A DNA stretch of 64,000 nucleotides, from positions 535,065-599,064 of the forward strand of contig NW_004797458.1 of NCBI RefSeq assembly GCF_000002075.1, written 5' to 3'. Each line of letters opens with the position of its first letter. The stretch's first letter is position 1. The notes under the pieces were generated by a model, which saw only the letters and a list, made by a program, of their open reading frames with translations, was not told where the DNA came from and made no database searches. The DNA comes from Aplysia californica. Its lineage: Eukaryota. Below are positions 38,593 through 52,732 of this stretch, in pieces. The position numbers and the translations under genes were made by a program.

Positions 38593-39232
38593 ATGGATGA
38601 GGAGGAAGCACCTTCACAAGAAGCTTTCAGGAATGTGATCATAAGACCGAACCGCAGTGACTACAACAACTGGGTCTCCCAAAGTAGGAGAAATGATGGG
38701 TCAAATGTTGATGGTGAGCCACCACGATCGAATGGGGCAACATCCGGACGAACTGCTAACAATGGCATTGGTCAGTTATCAAATAACCTGTCCAGCAATA
38801 TGGTTGTGAGTGAGGCGGGCGATGCAGATGGTATAAGTCAACCCAGTAGAAGAGTGCAGAATCTAAACTCAAACTCATCAAATGGCAGTAGAAACTCTCA
38901 ACCTGTGGCTACTACTAGGCTGCGTCATCGAAGGGGACGTGCCTCGGGAAATTCTGAATCCTTTGCGGGTCCAAGGACAGAGCGAGCACAAGCTAACTCA
39001 GTCGCAAGGAACTCGTCTCCCACAAGACATACTCAGATGCGTGGAACACGTGCTCGGTTAGTTCACCCTAGGTCCAACAACCAGAGAGCAGCTGAGCGTA
39101 ATCTTAACCCTGAACCAGAACTACTGGGATCTGTGATGATTTCTTCTAGGCCACAGCTTGAGAGAGAACGTTTCATCTCACCCCTGTCGCTGGGGGAAGG
39201 TACAGACGATAACCCGTTCCTGTTGTCTCCGG
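38593..39232 (+). CDS. RING-H2 E3 ligase, coding exon 1 (disordered N-terminus MDEEEAPSQE...)
   Basis: Acceptor TTATTAG at 38563, ATG at 38593, G/GTAAGT donor, long open frame. Confidence 0.8.
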
Positions 39233-39849
39233 GTAAGTTTCTTCTTTGTCGCATCTTTTATTGTGTAGTTGTCTACTTATGTTATGGTGGGTCAGCTGTC
39301 TGATCAATTTTGTTGTGCTGTCCAATGATAACCCTTGTTTGAATCCCCAACCGTGGGCGGTTGTTGGGTGCTCTGGTTTGATTTGCTCCTGGTTCTTTCC
39401 TATGCTATGCGACATCTAAATTATTGTACTTATCTCCCCTCCTTTTTTGTGTTTGTTACTCTCTTATAAAGGCCCTAATCTTCTGCCCTTTTATGACCTT
39501 ATTGTGCTGCAAGTGCTGTAACACTTTTACAAAAACTAAACTGAAAAGAATCCTCAACTAGTACTTTTTCAAACTTTGATTGTTTGGGTTCTCCACTCTC
39601 TTGGCACAGTTCTTTCAGAGAGACGGTTTAAATCTAGCGTTCAAGCATCTTAATTTAATAAGCTTACAGATCGAAAGGATGGTTTAACCCCAACCGTACC
39701 ATACCTTCATCATACAGAAAATAATTGATCTTGATTGTATTTTAAAACACTATTCAATATTTAATACTGAAGACAGATTTTCAAATCTTCTCTCCTCCTT
39801 TCTCCTCTCCTGCCTTCTCTTTCCCATAACTGCCTAGTAAAAGTTGTTC

Positions 39850-40095
39850 CCGCATCTGATCCGGACATTTAGGATTGCCTTGTTAGTGAGACAACTTCCT
39901 GGGTCTTCTGCATATTGTGGTAGGATGGCCAGTTCCTTTCCATGCCGCCTTTACTCCCCCAACTCAAAGTCAGGTACCCATAACTGCTGGGTGGGCAGGA
40001 AGGGGAAAAAAAAAAATGTGTGTCTGAAACGAGGCTCGAACCTGGACTTTTTGTTCCGGAGATGAGTGCACTGACCGCTCCACCACCTCACCCTC
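39850..40095 (-). mobile_element. tRNA-derived SINE with conserved central domain
   Basis: A-box GGTGGAGCGG, B-box GGTTCGAGCC, then CCACCCAGCAGTTATGGGTACC core. Confidence 0.65.
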
Positions 40096-40542
40096 AGTTG
40101 CCTAGTAGTACATTAAAAAAACCTATGTAAATTCATTTTTGAGGGTATTAGTTTGAGAAGCTGTTTTCATGTGAGAAAATATATATTATTCTCTAGTTGT
40201 GCTCCTCACAGTGTTACTGATGATGAAGAAAAATTATGACCTTTCAAGACTGGATCTGCAAATAGTATTTGAATGAAGCTCACAAGTCTGTGGGTAGAAT
40301 CTGTTCTTTGGTACTGAGAAATTGACAGCTATGCTTTTACATTTATTTTGTCCTTTCATTTAAGAAATATTTTTTTAATTTTATTTTTTTCCCCTCCTTT
40401 TTCCTTTTTGATTTATTCTTCTTTCATAGCACTTTCTATTATTACTATTATGCACTTGTTAATATTCTGACATCACTTTCACACTTTCACATTACATAAG
40501 CACTCACAAGTAAACATTTATCAGACGCACACATATATACAC

Positions 40543-40755
40543 AGGCGCCTATGGTGTAGTGGTTATGCGTTTAACTGTCGTATGCAGAAGACTTGAGTTC
40601 AAATCTGGAGTTGGGAGATTTTTTTTACAGAATATGTCGGTCTCTCTGCTGAGATGTTGTACCCCTCTCGGCCCGCGTTGGCCTGATAGGCACGATCAGA
40701 GGCCCACATCCTAAATGATCTAACTTGTTTCATGGTGGGTGTAAAATCACCTACA
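40543..40755 (+). mobile_element. tRNA-derived SINE (same family as 4122)
   Basis: A-box TGGTGTAGTGG, B-box GAGTTCAAATC, shared AATGATCTAA...AAATCACCTAC end. Confidence 0.75.
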
Positions 40756-42409
40756 CTGTGCACACACCCAGGTGCANNNNNNNNNNNNNNNNNNNNNNNN
40801 NNNNNNNNNNNNNNNNNNNNNNNNNNNNNNNNNNNNNNNNNNNNNNNNNNNNNNNNNNNNNNNNNNNNNNNNNNNNNNNNNNNNNNNNNNNNNNNNNNNN
40901 NNNNNNNNNNNNNNNNNNNNNNNNNNNNNNNNNNNNNNNNNNNNNNNNNNNNNNNNNNNNNNNNNNNNNNNNNNNNNNNNNNNNNNNNNNNNNNNNNNNN
41001 NNNNNNNNNNNNNNNNNNNNNNNNNNNNNNNNNNNNNNNNNNNNNNNTATTACTGTCTCTCTCTTTCACACTCACACACACACATATACATGTACCCACA
41101 CACGCACACACACACACACACATGTACACGCACGCACACACACACACAAACACCAACAAAAACAAACACTCTGACAAACACACACTGACAAACACCAACA
41201 AACATAAATACTCAAACACTCCAGTGAAGAACATAGAGGGGTCAGATGTACAGTCTGACAAGTTGAAATGACAAGTGTTCACTCTATCAGTCTGTCTCTT
41301 CTCTCTTCTCTATCAGCTTGTCACTGATAAGATCTGTGATAGCTGTGTGTTGGCTAAAGAGACCTGAGCTTTTGACTTGAGCTCTTGTTAAATTAAAAAA
41401 AAATATTGTTTTGTTTTGTTTTTGTTTTTTAAACATTCATGTGTGCTAGGAACTCAGAGGTCTGGTTGCCACTTTACTAAAATAATAACACATTTTCAAA
41501 ACACCAGCTTTGAACATAAAGAGAAAGAATCAAAAGAGAATGAAATGTGTGTTATGTGAATGGCAAGCAACATATGTTATGATAAAAATACAAGAGCAGT
41601 GATTTCGTTCTGCTGACATGACACATGTATATAGAAAAACTGCTTGAGTTTTGTGTTTAAGCTTTTTCGCGTAAAACATTGATTATTTCAGTCAGAAAGG
41701 TTACCGGACATTTAGAAAAACTTTTTGGCTGGCTGGGCTAGGGAAAAAGGGAGGCTCAAAACATACTCCTCTTTCTTTTTCTCATAGCATGCATCTCCCA
41801 CGACATGTGGTTGTGAACTAAAAACTCAGACCAAAAGCACAATCACAAACTAGGTGCTGTTACTTTTTGTCAAGAAGGAGGATCAGACTGTGAGTGTACA
41901 TAAATTGGATGATAGCTGTTCTTGAGAAGACAAAAGGTCCTTTGGTGTTGACAAAACTTGTCGTCATGGCATGTGCTAGTTGGTCATGTCACTGCCACTG
42001 TCATTGTCACTGTCACTGTCACTGTCAATGTGCTTGCATTTCAAGGCGACGACGTTTGGGTATTCATACAAGTAAGTTTTCTGCTATTTTAAGTTACTAT
42101 GTGGGCGGTTGGCGGGTGTTCTGGTGTGGTGTGTTCCTTCTTTCCTATCCGCCATCTGTCGTCTTTTTCTCCCCCTCCTTTTTTGTGCTTGTTACTCCCT
42201 TGTAAAACCTCTATCTAATCTTTGGCTCTTCTATGATCTTATTGTTTTGCAAGTGCCGTAAAACGTAAAACTCATATGAACAGAAAAAAAGGTTAGTATA
42301 ACATGTTTATATGAGTCTTCCTTCTGTGTTTGTTGGATGTTTTGATTCTAATTTGTCAATGTCAGCTGAGGTTAATCATCTGACCAGTTACATGTACTTC
42401 TCCTTCAGG

Positions 42410-43860
42410 TGTCAGGTCTGTAGCAGACATTGACGATCATAGTACCCCATTCCTTCCTGTAGTCTGTTTTCTTGATTAGCTCGGTTTTTCTCCCTGTGTT
42501 ATTCGTTGCAAAGTTGTTCAGGCCCTATTCCATTTGATCTATTTGCGTGGCCAACGAGTCCCAATTGTCATTTTCTGATAGTTCTGATAATGGATCTTTC
42601 ACATCCTGCCATTTGGAGTACTTCTCTTTATCTGTTCGTTTTCCTCTCTTACCATGAGATTCTGAGTATATTCTCCTTAGTTACCACATATCAGCGGCCT
42701 CCAGTCTTCTCTCTGTCTTTATTTAGAGTCCAGCTCTCGCATCCATACAAAAAGATACACAGTCGAACCTGCCTTAACGGAATCCTGTATAAAACGGAAT
42801 CTCCCCGCTCCCCCCTTGATATACATGTATTCCTCTTTATTTACCTGTATAAAACGGAAACCTGTCCAACGCGGAAACGGAAAGAAAAATCCGCTCCCTT
42901 CCGAGGGTTTCACCTGTCTAAGACGGAAAATGCTTTGCCCGCTCAGCCCTGATTTGAAACAAAACTCGCAAATTTGGTTCCGACGGCTCTAACCTTCACG
43001 CTATGGCCATGCCACTGGGCGAGGAAGGGGAGTAGGGGTGCAATTTGGGGGTAGATGTGACCCCATCATGTGAGCCCTGAGTGATGCAGATGGTCAGTGT
43101 AGTGTGGGTGTGAAATCTCACGACTTCCCGTGAGAGTGTTCGAGTAGCGAGCCACTACGAAAACTTTCCTGGGTAGCCAGAAGCCAGAGGTGTGAAATTA
43201 GATTGACCAATGCCTGCCACCCTGATCGTACAGCCAGCCGAGAAAAAAGTTCCTTGAATCATTGTTACAGGATGGCAGTGAGGGGTGGCATTGGTGGGTG
43301 GGGCTAAGGGTGGAATCAAAGGAGAGGTCAAACAGTGGTCCTATGAAAGGCAAGCACTGGTGGTAAATATAAGTAAGACTGACGCATGACATTATAAGAC
43401 AGGATAGCAATTGAGAGGTGTGAAGTTTTGACCACTGCTTGCCGATCGGACAAGCGATCCTTGATCCCACCGACTGGACCTTTGAACCCCCCCTCCCAAA
43501 CGTCCATCTCCCCCTAAATTCCCCTGTCTAAGACGGAAAATGTCTAAGACGGAATTTTTTTCTGGCTCCCTTGCGATTCCGTCTTACACAGGTTCGACTG
43601 TATACATATGCTTTTGTTGATGGCCTATGCTCCACTCTTGGGAGTTAAAAAGGGCTAGAGAGAGAAATGATTTCAGGGTTCTTATTTTTGTGTTCATTGT
43701 TTTGTTTCTATTTGAGAGGATAGGTTTCATCATGCTTAAAGTTTCTTTAGATATTGCATTCCTCTCTTTTATCTCTGTGTCGCTCTTTGCATCTGGTGCA
43801 ATTGTGCAACCAAGGTATTTAAACTGTTGACCTGTTTTATTCTTTTGTTCTTACATGTTG
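42410..43860 (-). mobile_element. RTE-clade LINE fragment interrupted by a MITE
   Basis: LYGCESWTL motif at ~42725-42755 and degenerate FKYLG region at ~43800-43830. Confidence 0.75.
42760..43600. mobile_element. Tc1/mariner (pogo/Tigger-like) MITE
   Basis: TIR CAGTCGAACCTG...CAGGTTCGACTG; TA on the right; internal AAGACGGAA/AAACGGAA repeats. Confidence 0.8.
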
Positions 43861-45991
43861 TATCAACGGGGTACTGTAGTTTGTTAGTTACATGTACTTA
43901 GAAAAGGAAAAAAATCAACATGATTAATAAGTCATTTAATCAATAACTAAGAATACTGCCTTATTAATAAATTGTAGCTTAATTTTATTGAGACTTGATT
44001 ATTGCAATTCCTTACTATCCGTAATATCTGTGGAGAAAGTGAAAAGACTTCAAATTAAAAAAAAACAATGCTGCAGATTTAGTTTTTTAGAAAATACAGA
44101 AAGCGAGACTGTTTGACTGATAACGTAAAGTACCATCATGTTTATAAAATCTGTTGGAACTGTACATTCTTCCTTCTCGCAGTTCAAGGTCATCAGCTGA
44201 CAAAAAGAAATTTCTTTTAGCATTTATAAAACGATATTTTTTAATTTTTTTGGGGGGGGGGAAGGGGGGTGTTTGCAATCAACATTCCCTCTTCCTCCAT
44301 CATCTTCATGGCTGTTGCAACGACTCAGATAATTTTCTTTAGTGCTGGAAAGTCTGTTTCTGTATAATTCTTTCTTTTCAATTTTTTTGTTATGAACAAA
44401 TTTTATCCTCAAGTGGAACCACTGTCATTCCCCTGGCACCTTGAAATGACACAAACAAATATGAAAGTGCGAACAGAACTTTATCCCGATCTAAAAAGCA
44501 GAAGTGATTCAAATGGAAAAAGCAATACAACTTATTTTTGCACTGTTTTCACACACTTCCTAATTTTTAAACAAAGGTTGGAAGTGTGTGTGAAATAAAT
44601 TAATATGGAATATGTTTTAAGGAAGTGTATATTTATACGGCAGGCCGTCGGAAAATCGGAAGTGATAATTTCAGCCAATCAGGACAACCGGACTATTTAT
44701 AAATAAGCCTATAATTGCTTTTCCAGAATTAACACATTATAGATACTTTTTTAAAGATACCTGTAGGTTTATTTTAACAATGTTTATCGTTTGTATCATG
44801 TTGTGCTTTATGGACAATGATGAAATGTTTTGTGTGATTGTAACGAGAGTAGAGATGCACAATTTATCTTGTGCACGCAAATTTGTTTTTTTTCCAATAG
44901 TGGGGTACCTATTTGCGGATGGGGTTGGGTCTGGTCGTGTCTGGATGATCACCCGATTCGTCGCCTGAAAACAAACGCAATTGTTTTTTAGGCTGCGAGT
45001 CGGGCGCGGTCGGCAGCTTGTGCCACGATAGCCACTTTGCGCCCTCAATCTGGCTGGCAGACCGCCCCACCTCGACCTGATCCCCCAAAGGGCACCCCAT
45101 GCTTTGCCTGAGTGCATGAAATTGACATTATTTTATCACCTATTTTCATTTGCAATACCTTTTGTATGAAAGAGTAAGATGTGTAAAGTAAAGTAAATGT
45201 ACTTGCATTGTAATGTAAATCTAATGTCGTATACCGGTAAACGCTCTGGGTATTTCCGTTACATCTCCTTGGATTAAATACCTTGCATTGATACACTTCA
45301 AGTAGGGCCTATCTATTCTGATCTTTAGATTCAAGACGGCATACCGTATGATGTTCAGACAGCATGCTGTGGAAATATCGACTACGATCTTCAGACGGTT
45401 TGCCGTCGAAATATCGCTACCTTTTTGTAACTTTCCAAGATGCACACACGGTTTGTAAGTGCCCAGTGACCGTGAAGGTTCTGCTGTTGGCTGACAAAAT
45501 GCCTTTATTAAAATTCTCAGCAGTTTCAAGAAAGAAGGCATTTTGTCAGCGTAACCATTAAAGAAAATGCTTTCTTCTGAAATTTGAATTCTAATTTGTA
45601 AAAAAAACTGGTGACAGTTTCACTTTGATTTGTCACACACGTAGGGTTACTGATCGGGCTATCAATTTAACAAATTAAAAAATTTGACACCCAACAAATG
45701 AAGAAATGCGTTTCGCAGCGGACGACAGAGTTAATAAACTGTTCTGTGCCTTGGAAAGCATGCGCATAAAACCAACCAAGAGATAAAAGGATTCAAAGGT
45801 GTGTGGGCCCATCTGCACACTGCCCTCTCCTGTAGGACGGACCAGTAGCGGAATTTTCCGTGAATTATCCTGGAGGGAGAGGGACTTAAAAAGATTTTTT
45901 TTTTTTTTAAAGAGATAAAATATAGAATATAATGGTAGCAGAATGCAAAAAATCTTTGCCAAGACAAACACTATTATCTCTATTCTTTTAG

Positions 45992-46191
45992 GTTCCCCTG
46001 ACTTGGAGTCAGAAGGATTTGACCTTGGCTCCGTCCCCTTGGCAGCAGGCCTGAGTGACGAGGAGTTTGCGCGGCAGTTGCAGCAGGAGGAGTGGGAGGC
46101 GGCCAGCAGCCACGGCCACGATGACTTGATGCTGCCCGAGCCACGGGGAGCTCTGGGCTTGGGGCAACTGCTTTCTTTCCAAAACAGACGG
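45992..46191 (+). CDS. RING-H2 E3 ligase exon 2, with UIM/MIU-like motif SDEEFARQLQQEEWE
   Basis: Phase 1->0 consistent; TTTTAG acceptor, GTGAGT donor; ubiquitin-binding helix pattern. Confidence 0.8.
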
Positions 46192-47085
46192 GTGAGTTGT
46201 TGTCTGTGCGATCTTGAGACAGTTACAGTTGGGTTGGTGTCGAGCTTACTTTTACTTTTACTTTTTCATCCTGTGTTGCCGTTAAGTGTCGAGGGAAGAT
46301 GCATTTTCCTATAGTAGACCAGCTCTGCAGCTCTTTCAATTGGGATATTATAATTTCTCATGGTTTCATTGGCTCACTCAATCCACCTTTTGATTGAAAT
46401 GTCATAGAAGTATTTATTAATGAATATTTCCTCATGAATTTCTGCATGTACATTCTCTCCATTGAATAACATTTCTATTGATACAATTTTTGGGGGATTT
46501 CTTTGAGAGATATACCCCCAGTGGGTCGGGGGGATATAAATAGACCCACTGCTTCGTCTGCAGAAGGTGCAACCCCTTCAAAGGCGGAGTGTCGCACACG
46601 GACCCCAACCCTCTGGGATCCGTGTGCGACACTTACTTTGGTGTATCCTCCTCTTCTCCTTCCTTCTTTCTTTCTTCTTCTATCTTTCCTACCACCGCTG
46701 ACCTCATGTGCAGCAAAACGAGAGGTCACCCATTCCACAGAGTGGGCGCCTTGTTGACCGTGAGGTGCGACCCGTGCGGAGGGAAACCGGGCACCTGGCG
46801 GTTGAGGTGAGATCAGTCTACGGACTGTCCCTCACCAACACACCTCTTTGGCCCAGGTTTTCCTCTTAGACAGGAGGGTGGCACGGCCCATTCCACTCAA
46901 TCGGTTGGGAGTTGAAACAACATCAAGCCCTGGGTCAATCTTGACGGGAGGGTTTTACGCACTCTCGTGGAGAGTATAGCTCCGGGGTAGCCCTGGCACA
47001 GCTCTGGCCATCCGAGCAATGTGTCCCCTTGTTGGGCTCGATGGCGGGCGGGGAGCCCCGGAGTTGAACCACCAAAAAAACTCAC

Positions 47086-48590
47086 ATGGATTCTTCAACT
47101 ACAAAAAACCCTTCCCCAACTCCCAACGTTATTAAAAAGTCTCGGCTCGCGGAAGTGGGTGCGGCCGCCGAGCCGAGCAAACATAAAACAAAAGGAAAAA
47201 GGACCTTTACGACTGCCTCTGCCCTCCCTCCTCTCAGGGAGCTTCCGCGGCAGCCGTACTTGACCATCCGCAGCACCGATGCACAGAAAAAGATGACTGA
47301 TTTAAACGTATTTAAGATAGGAGATGCTCTAAGACAGGTTCTGGGATACATTCCTACGAATGTCCAGAAACTGTCCTCTGGTGCTCTCCTCATCAAGTGT
47401 GCATCGGATAAAGAACTGGCCGGACTTGAAAAGATAACGACCTTCGGTGGTGTTCCTTGTGTTTCCGAGCGACACCAGAAATTTAACCAGTCGAAGGGCG
47501 TGGTCCGCAGCCATGAGCTGAAGGGCTGCTCCAACCAAGATATTGTGGATAACTGTGAGGGTGTGGTCGAAGCCCGCCGAATTACTATTTGGCGGGGGGA
47601 GTCCACGCTAGAAACGAACACAATAATTCTAACTTTTGATTCGTGCCGCCCTCCAGCCACTGTTCGGGCATCATACTTGGTCTTGGACGTGCGACCCTAT
47701 GTGCCGAACCCTCTACGCTGCTTTCAGTGTCAGAAGTTCGGCCATAGTCAGTCGCGATGCCGACGTGCAGCCGTGTGTCCTCGCTGCGGCAAGACTGGGC
47801 ATCCTGAAAAGGAATGCAAGGCTAGTCCTTGCTGCCCAAATTGCCAAGACCAGCACACAGCCTTCAGCAAGGATTGCCCGACTTGGATTCAAGAACGCGC
47901 AATCCAAGAGAATAAAGCACGAAATGGATGCTCTTTTCAAGAAGCCCGAAAAGCTGTCTGCCCGCCAGGTATGACCCCGGTCCCTGGCCAGTCATACGCA
48001 AGCGTACTCTGGCCAGTCACGAAGTCGACCAGTGCTTCCACTGTCGACCCCCCCAGAACCCGCGGTCAACAAGAAACTTACTGCGAAACAAAAAAAGGTT
48101 CCTCCTAAAACTGTGGTACCCACCTTCCAGGTACCACTAACTAACCGCTTTGGGGTTCTTGGGGAGGATGGGGTGGACTCTTCCTCCACCCCCCCTTCTC
48201 CCCCTCACCCCTCCTCTATTACTCCTTCTTCTTCTTCTTCTTCTTCTTCTTCTTCTTCTTCTTCTTCTTCTTCTTCCACCTCTCAACCCATCTCTCTGAT
48301 GGAGATTGAGGTACTCCCTCCCCCCTCTCCCCAGCCCCCTCTGTCTGCTCCACCTCCCTCTACCCCTCCACTCCCCCCCACTACCAACGGAGGATGACAT
48401 CTCTGACCTCCCTCCCCGGCCTGACCCCGGGAAGGGCGGAGTCTGTCACTCCTCCAAATCCCCCACTAGACCGCTGTCCAATCCAGGACGGCAACCTAGA
48501 AAACACTCTGCCTCCCCCGCAAGGAGGAGTCAGAGTGCTTCTTCGAAGCCGGGGCCTTTGAGCTCCAAACAAAAACCTAAAAAATCATAA
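47086..48590 (+). pseudogene. LINE ORF1 (gag-like, 3x CCHC), frameshifted near 48050 and ~48390
   Basis: PYVPNPLRCFQCQKFGH, CPRCGKTGH, CPNCQDQH; NRF motif; poly-Ser from (TCT)n. Confidence 0.88.
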
Positions 48591-51500
48591 TGGCGGTCCT
48601 GCAATGGAATGCCGGCGGAATCCGACCTTCCATTGCTGAATTGCAACATTTACAGGCCACACTGTGCCCACGGGTGGCCTGTATTCAAGAAACAAAATTC
48701 GCCCCGGCTTCAACCATAGACTTAAGAGGATTTACTGCGTACCATCACATTCACACGAACCAGATTGCTTCCGGTGGTACCACCATCTACACCGACAACC
48801 ACACACTCCACAGACAAGTACATCTTAAGACGACCCTCCAGGCTATTGCCGTACGGGTCACCCTGCACAGACCAATCACGATCTGCTCAGTTTACATCCC
48901 ACCAACATACCCCCTCAAAATAACCCAACTAAATGACTTAAAATCTCAGCTCCCAAAACCTTTTATTTTGCTAGGTGATTTCAATGCCCACAGCCCCCTT
49001 TGGGGAGACAAACCTATAGACCAGAAAGGAAAAATAATAGAAAACTTTTTATTTCAAAATAACAGCTGTCTCTTAAATGATAAATCCCCAACTTACAGAA
49101 ACAGAGCCACTTATGGCACTTCATCCCTTGACCTCACCTTTCGTACCCCTGACCTAGTCCCAGATCTTGAGTGGTCTGTGCTGGATGACCGTACGGACCA
49201 TTTCCCAATTCTCCTAAAAAACAATAGCCTCCAAAACGACCCGATCCCAGAACGCTTCAACTTAAAAAAAGCCGACTGGGACGGGTTTGCCAATCAATGT
49301 TCCAAGATTATTAATCCCAATTTCGACCACAACTACAATAAATTCCACGAAAAGCTCTTAGAAATATGCCACAATCACATTCCAAAAACAAAAACAAAAC
49401 CCCGGAGGAACAAAATCTGGTTCTCTTGGGAATGTGAGGACGCAATAAAGAAAAAGAAGGCAGCGTATCGAAGAGCCGTCAACAACACCACCATAGAAAA
49501 CAAGATAATTTATTTAAAGGCTCGAGCTGAGGCACGTAGATGCCTCAGGGAGAGCAAAAGACAATCATTCCAAAAATACATCCCCAAAATCAACAGCCAG
49601 ACACCACTCAACCAAGTTTTCCAAATTGCTAAAAAATTCTTAGGTAGACGCACAGACACCATTCGGCACGTCCAGAGGCCGGATGGAACAACAGCTGAAA
49701 CACAAGTAGACATTGCAAACACAATAGCTACATCTCTAGCCAAAAACTCATCCCAAGCAAACTACAACACCACTTTTCAAAACGTCAAAACTAACAGAGA
49801 AAAACAACACCTAAACTTCCACTCAAACAACACTGAAACCTACAACGCAGACTTCACAATAGACGAATTAACATCGTGCATCTCGGACCTGGGCGATACA
49901 GCCCCGGGACCGGATGACATCCACAACAAGATCATTAGACACTTACCCTCAGAAACACTCACACTCCTACTACACATATACAACGACATGTGGCGGTCGC
50001 ACTCCTTTCCGGAGTCTTGGCGTCTCGCCACTGTCATTCCAATACCCAAACCTAACAAAGACCACACACACCCATCCAATTACAGACCTATAGCCCTAAC
50101 GAGCTGTCTCTGCAAACTGATTGAAAAAATGATTCACAGGCGACTCATGTGGTTTCTGGAAACGACGGGCTCGCTGAGCGGTCAGGAAAACTCGATCCAC
50201 TCTGGATCACCTGGTCCGCCTGGAGACCTTTATACGCGAGACGTTCGCTGAAAGAGGCCACATGATCGCCATCTTTTTTGACCTAGAAAAAGCCTTCGAC
50301 ACAACCTGGAAGTACGGCATTCTTCGAGACCTGCACGCACTCGGCAAACGCGGTCACCTCCCTGCCTTCATTGGCAACTTCTTGAAGAACCGTTCCTTCC
50401 AGGTTCGTGTCGGATCCTCCCTTTCAGACCCCCACCAACAGGAGGAAGGAGTCCCCCAGGGGAGCATCCTTTCTCCTCTCCTATTTGAAATTAAAATAAA
50501 CTCCATAGTGAAAACCCTCCAGAACAGCATAGACAGCTCGTTATACGTTGACGACTTCTTGATATGCAGCCGATCGAAAAATCCTCATTTGAGATCTATG
50601 GAAAGGCAGCTGCAAACGCAGCTGCAAAAACTTGAAACGTGGGCAAACAACAACGGTTTCAAGTTCTCCCCGTCAAAGACGGTTGCAGTACACTTCTGCC
50701 GAACAGGCAGATGTGTGCTGCAGCCGGATTTGACACTATACGGGGAAAGGATTCCCGTCCAGGACCAAGCTCGTTTCCTCGGCGTCATTTTCGACAAAAA
50801 ACTTACATTCATACCACACATCAAAGACCTTCGTGTGAGGTGCGAGAAAGCGTTAAACGCTTTGAAAATTCTATCAAATCCGGAGTGGGGCGGGGACTCA
50901 AAACACCTCCACTTGTACATCTCCCTTGTCCGGTCCAGGCTTGACTACGGCTGTCAAGTCTATGGATCGGCAAAACCACACGTCTTAAAAATACTAGATC
51001 CAATACAAAACCAAGGACTCCGCCTCGCTCTGGGGGCTTTCCGCACTTCTCCGGTGGAGAGCCTCCAGGCCGAGGCCAACATACCACCACTCTCACTCAG
51101 ACGCACACAATTCTCACTACAATACGCAGTTAAACAGAGCTCAACACCGGAAAATCCAGCGCACAACAGCATTTTTCAAACAAATCCAGAAACCATAAAC
51201 AGATTCCAAAACAACGAAAAACTCATCAAACCTTTCGGCCTCAGAATCCTTGAGGACCTCAAAAACTTACACTTTTCCAAACAAGACATCCAACAAATTC
51301 TTTTCCCCGACCTCCCTCCGTGGCACCTCACCAAGGCAAAAGTAGATTTACAGCTGACCACACACAACAAAGAAAGCACAAACACCAAAACTTTTCAAGC
51401 AGAATACAAAAAACTAATAGATAAATACCCCGGTGCGGAGCTCATCTTCACGGATGGCTCCAAAAAAGACAATGAAGTGGGCGCCGCAGCCCTATCTCCC

Positions 51501-52224
51501 AACAATACACACCAGAGGAGACTACATCCTGAAGCCTCCATTTTCACTGCGGAGGCCACTGCCATTGACATGGCACTGGACTCTGTAGAAAATTCTCCTA
51601 ACAAATCTTTCCTGATCCTTTCTGACTCTCTGTCTTGCATCACCTCACTCACAAACTACACACTCTTACACCCAAAAATAGTTAGGCTACAACAGAAAAT
51701 CCATACACTATCTGAAACAGGAAAAAACATCATGTTCGCATGGATACCCAGCCATGTGGGCATCCGAGGAAACGAGCAGGTAGACGACCTGGCGAAGAAA
51801 GCTTCATCCCTTCTGCTGGGATCAACGACAAACACTCTCCCACAGACTGACTTTAGAAATTAAATCAAAAAGTACACCTCCAGTCTGTGGGAGAGCCACT
51901 GGGAAAACCAGAAAAATAATAAATTATATGAAATAAAACCCAAACTAGAACAGCGAACTCCTTCGGATCTCTCCAGAAGAGACGAAGTCATTTTTACTCG
52001 ATTGCGCATCGGACACATGGCCCTGACCCACAAATACCTCCTACAGGGAGATGAGAAGCCGCACAGATTTTACCATTAGACACATTTTAACAGAATGTCT
52101 AGACTTTGGAGAGATCTGAAGTAAATATTATAAATGCAAGAAATTGCAGGATATTTTTTCCGTCGTTGGTCCCAGCAGAATTTTAAATTTTATAAAGGCC
52201 ATTGGCCTTTATGGCGAGTTGTAG
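48590..52224 (+). pseudogene. LINE ORF2 (APE-RT-RNase H), frameshift/deletion at ~50180, stop at 51861
   Basis: LQWN, IQET, GDFNAH, DHFPI, YRPIALTS, GVPQGS, YVDD; C-terminal CCHC partly deleted. Confidence 0.92.
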
Positions 52225-52655
52225 GGTGAATTTGATATTATTAAAAAATTTTGTTGTTACTTAAAAGTTGTTTTAGATCACAAATGTATTTACACCGAAT
52301 TTGAATATTTTAACTTTTAGCATTTTAAAGTAAATTAGTTAGCCAGTCGTGAAGTGAACTTTCGCAGAGGTGAACAACTTGTGTTTCGCGCGCTCATATG
52401 ACCTTAGCAGTTGCGAGCGCCGTAAAACCTTATACTATACTACTATACTTTGAGAGATAGATGGAGAAAATTTGGAGTAAGTAGTAACATGATACCAAAA
52501 ACAACACCACCAGACATAAACAACGCACATTCGCGAATAATGTTAAACTGTGACATAAAAGAAAGGGGGAATACATGTTGCGTGAGTGTTTTCAGGAAAC
52601 GAGGAAGTGACAAGAGGCTTTTCCTACTTTATACAACGCTCGTGCATTCCACATA

Positions 52656-52659
<4 letters not shown>

Positions 52660-52726
<67 letters not shown>
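52660..52726. repeat. (TA)n microsatellite
   Basis: Seen directly in the sequence. Confidence 0.95.

Positions 52727-52732
<6 letters not shown>

Larger units (their letters stand above)
46513..52447 (+). mobile_element. Full-length I-group (I/Nimb-like) LINE
   Basis: 12-bp TSD CTTTGAGAGATA (46501-46512, 52448-52459) and (TACTA)-type tail. ORF1 has 3 CCHC knuckles; ORF2 is APE-RT (YVDD)-RNase H (FTDGSK, WIPSHVGIRGNE). Confidence 0.96.

Noticed and set aside
40543-40615. tRNA gene
   Set aside because: The acceptor stem is degenerate and it continues into a SINE body shared with 4122-4340.
44620-45890. CpG-rich intronic block resembling a non-autonomous DNA element (also 54470-55480)
   Set aside because: No matching termini or coding motifs; I cannot support a call.
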